From Mustelus asterias (Eukaryota), in the NCBI RefSeq assembly GCF_964213995.1, contig NC_135808.1, forward strand, positions 20,460,001-20,524,000: a DNA stretch of 64,000 nucleotides, read 5' to 3'. A model generated the notes under the pieces. It was not told where the DNA came from. It saw only the letters and a list, made by a program, of their open reading frames with translations, and made no database searches. Position numbers and translations under genes: made by a program. Of this stretch, positions 61,601-64,000 are shown one piece after another. The stretch's first letter is position 1. Every line of letters begins with the position of its first letter.

Positions 61601-62215
61601 TCTTGTTGTTGTGGACGCGAAGGACCTGAGGGTCGAATCCTACACCTGTTCCTGTGCTGCCCCAGTGGATATATTTGAACGAATTGAACCATTACAAAGG
61701 CAGATGTGACCGGGCCTTGAGAAGGTATATGTTCCTTCGATGTCTGCCTATAACCTTGAAGTCTGTATTACTATCTTTGCTCTATCTGTTCTGAAAATTG
61801 CAGCAGTTAATTTGCAAAGCTACTCCACCATGTTGGCTAATTAGTTTCTTAACATAGCAGCGATTAAGATGCTTACCTGTCACAATCAGTGTTGTTCCTG
61901 GCCCATAATATTCACCCGCTGTTATAAATCCCACTTTGCAATAATAGGTGGCCGCATCGCTCAATGTCACGTTTGTTAACTGAATCGAAGCGCTCGTCTT
62001 TCTGTCCGATTGCTCCCTACTTGGTCCAATGACCCGGCCTCTGTATTCTGGTGTACTGTTAGAAAGCTCACTTCCACCTTGACTGCCCCTGTACCACATG
62101 TAGACACCGACTCCACATAACCCTTCCTGCGTGCAGTACAGCACCGCTGTCTCCCCCTCGGTTACATTGAGGGATATCGGGGTTTGAATAACTGCGACCT
62201 TCTCAGCACTCGCTG
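58604..62215 (-). CDS. Gene C (5'-partial): NKp30/NCR3-like VJ-Ig receptor with TM lysine and short tail, activating type
   Basis: Exons 62215-61877, 60023-59892 and 58677-58604 are in frame: AASAEKVAVIQTP...YGPGTTLIVT-AETWNQRPANSMDASTALLITKTLFVLVLFSTGTIVIYYQKKSK-GIRWPEGRWLESVSLKTSCTFTKR*. No leader exon is found in the window. Confidence 0.75.
58760..59372 (+). mobile_element. Head-to-tail V-SINE pair (tail a copy followed by tail b copy)
   Basis: Copies at 58760-59070 and 59075-59372. Confidence 0.85.
59892..60023 (-). CDS. Gene C stalk plus TM exon with intramembrane Lys (ALLITKTLFVLVLFSTGTIVIYY)
   Basis: Acceptor ttttcttatagcag|CG, donor AAG|GTGCAT, 132 nt, phase 1-1. Paralogous to 40030-39893; AAA (Lys) at 59961-59959. 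Confidence 0.87.
60224..60246. repeat. Poly-G run
   Basis: About 23 consecutive G; a similar run lies at ~14929-14949. Confidence 0.85.
61877..62215 (-). CDS. Gene C VJ-type Ig V-set exon
   Basis: Lies within ORF 61782..62258; 339 nt with the same splice sites as the gene B V exon and 9 differences in 113 aa. Confidence 0.93.
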
Positions 62216-62568
62216 CTGTAAGAGAGTAAAATGTTTCACATTGAAGCCAGAAACCCACGCTGCGTTCAGAGGTGTTTGCAAACCCGCTCCTAAATTAAGC
62301 ATTGGAATCCCAACGACACAATCCTCAGGAGCGCCTGTCTAAACTCTTCCCTTCTGCAGACATTGGACGACGAAAATGAAATGCTAACTTCTCCATTAGA
62401 ATAAAGGAGCAGGACATTTCATTCAGCATTTTACCTTTTGAAGTAAAGAAGTCAAATTCATGATTATTTTACTGAGGTCTGAGGATTCAGGAAACTGAGT
62501 TGATTTCATAGAATCATATAGTGGGACAGGAGGCGGCCATTCGGCCCATCGAGTCTGTACCGACCACA

Positions 62569-63360
62569 AAGAAAAAAGAACAAAGAAAATTACATCACAG
62601 GAACAGACCCTTCGGCTCTTCAAGCCTGCACAGACCACACTGCCTGAACTAAAAGCCCCTACCCTTCCAGGGACCATATCCCTCTATTCCCATCCTATTC
62701 ACGTATTTGTCCAGATGTCCCTGTAAACTCACTATCGTATCTGCTTCCACTACCTCCCTCGGCAGCGAGATCCAGGCACCCACCACCCTCTGTTTAAAAA
62801 ACATGCCTCGTATATCTCCTTTAAACCTTGCCCCTCGCACCTTAAACCTATGCCCCCTCATAATTGACTCTCCCACCCTGGAAAAAAGCTTCTGACTATC
62901 CACTCTGTCCATGCCCCTCATAATCTTGTAGGCTTCTATCAGGTCGCCTCTCAACCTCCGTCATTCCAGTGAGAACAAACCAAGTTTCTCCAACCTCTCC
63001 TCATAGTTAATGCCCTCCATACCAGGCAACATCCTGGTAAATCTTTTCTGTACCCTCTGCAAAGCCTCCACATCTTTCTGGTGGTATGCCGACCAGAATT
63101 GAACACTATATTCCAAGTGCGGCCTAACTAAAGCTCTATAAACCTGCAACATGACTTGCCAATTTTTAAACTCAATGCCCCAGCCGATGAAGGCAAGCAT
63201 GCCATATGTCTTCTTGACTACCTTCTCCACCTGTGTTGCCACTTTCAGTGACCTGTGTACCTGTAGATCCAGATCCCTCTGCCTATCAATACTCTTAAGG
63301 ATTCTGCCATTTACTGTGTATTTCCTATCTGTATTAGACCTTCCAAAACGCATTACCTCA
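62569..63360 (-). mobile_element. CR1 3' fragment nested inside an HE1-type SINE (62505-62568 plus 63361-63585)
   Basis: ORFs 62961..63386 and 62649..62954. The SINE sequence ..cgaccaca resumes as caggccctattcccgtaacc. Confidence 0.88.
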
Positions 63361-63585
63361 CAGGCCCTATTCCCGTAACCCCACACTTTTACCCTGTCAA
63401 TCCCCTTGATATTTGTGTCAATTTAGCATAGCCAATCAACTTATCGTGCACGTCTTTGGACTGTGGGAGGAAACCGGCGCACCTGGGGAAAACCCACACA
63501 GACACGGGGAGAATGTGCAAACTCCACAGAGGCAGTGACCCGAGGCCAGAATTCAACTTGCGTTCCTGGTGCTATGGAACTCAGT

Positions 63586-63767
63586 CGAGGAGGAGGGGGA
63601 GGAGACGGGAGAAGAGGAGAGGGAGGGGGAAGAGGAGAGGGAGGGGGGGGGAGAGGAGAGGGAGGAGGGGGAGGGGGTGGGGAAGGGTGGCGCGGAGGGG
63701 GAGGGTGGGGGTACGGGGTAGGGGAGGGAGGAACGGGGTAGGGAGAATAGGAGGGGGGAGGGGAGAG
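63586..63767. repeat. G/purine-rich low-complexity tract with G-quadruplex potential
   Basis: Many runs of 3 or more G; a shorter counterpart lies at 61459-61486. Confidence 0.8.
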
Positions 63768-63773
63768 TCCCAT

Positions 63774-64000
63774 GGAATTGTATACAGTTCTTAGCAAGTT
63801 TAATAGATTCAGTGCTGAGGGGTTGCTTGCCCCGTGTGGGGAGCATTGAACCCAGTCACTGGATTTGCACTTCAGGTAACAGTTCAGCTTTGATCTTGTT
63901 TTTGTGGACTCGAAGGACCTGAGAGTCGAATCCTATACCCGTTCCTGTGCTGCCCCAGTGGACATATTTGCACGAATTGAACCATTACAAAGACAGATGT
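63774..64000. repeat. Direct repeat of the intron segment 61484-61707 that flanks the gene C V exon
   Basis: Collinear match (ggaattgt..cagttcttag..ccccgtgtgg..gtcgaatccta..gaattgaaccattacaaag.cagatgt) with an offset of ~2.29 kb. Confidence 0.88.

Noticed and set aside
63441-63846. Pro-rich and Gly/Arg-rich ORFs
   Set aside because: These are translations of a G-rich low-complexity tract plus a SINE.
1-64000. CRISPR arrays or prokaryotic operons/defence systems
   Set aside because: The window is vertebrate intron/exon and retroposon DNA, with no regularly spaced repeat-spacer array.

Overview
This is repeat-dense elasmobranch (shark/ray-type) genomic DNA, inferred from its HE1/V-SINEs, SacSINE1-like DeuSINEs and CR1-group LINEs. 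Among the repeats is a minus-strand cluster of three multi-exon immune-receptor genes, each with a 339-nt exon encoding a germline-joined VJ-type Ig domain (NKp30/NCR3-like). I assembled the genes by hand from GT-AG sites and reading phase. Gene A (19026->6064) and gene B (47247->34276) have a leader, a V domain, an uncharged TM segment and ITIM-bearing tails, so they look inhibitory. Gene C (62215->58604, leader outside the window) has a V exon about 96% identical to gene B's, but carries a lysine inside its TM segment and a short tail with no tyrosine motif, so it looks activating. B and C therefore look like an activating/inhibitory paired-receptor system whose V exons have been homogenised. 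Gene A also has a ~3-kb internal duplication that copied an ITIM exon. Other notable items are a Penelope-type hammerhead hairpin, a probable solo LTR inside a CR1, and templated fold-back insertions. Repeat boundaries are approximate, and family names come from recall rather than a database search.
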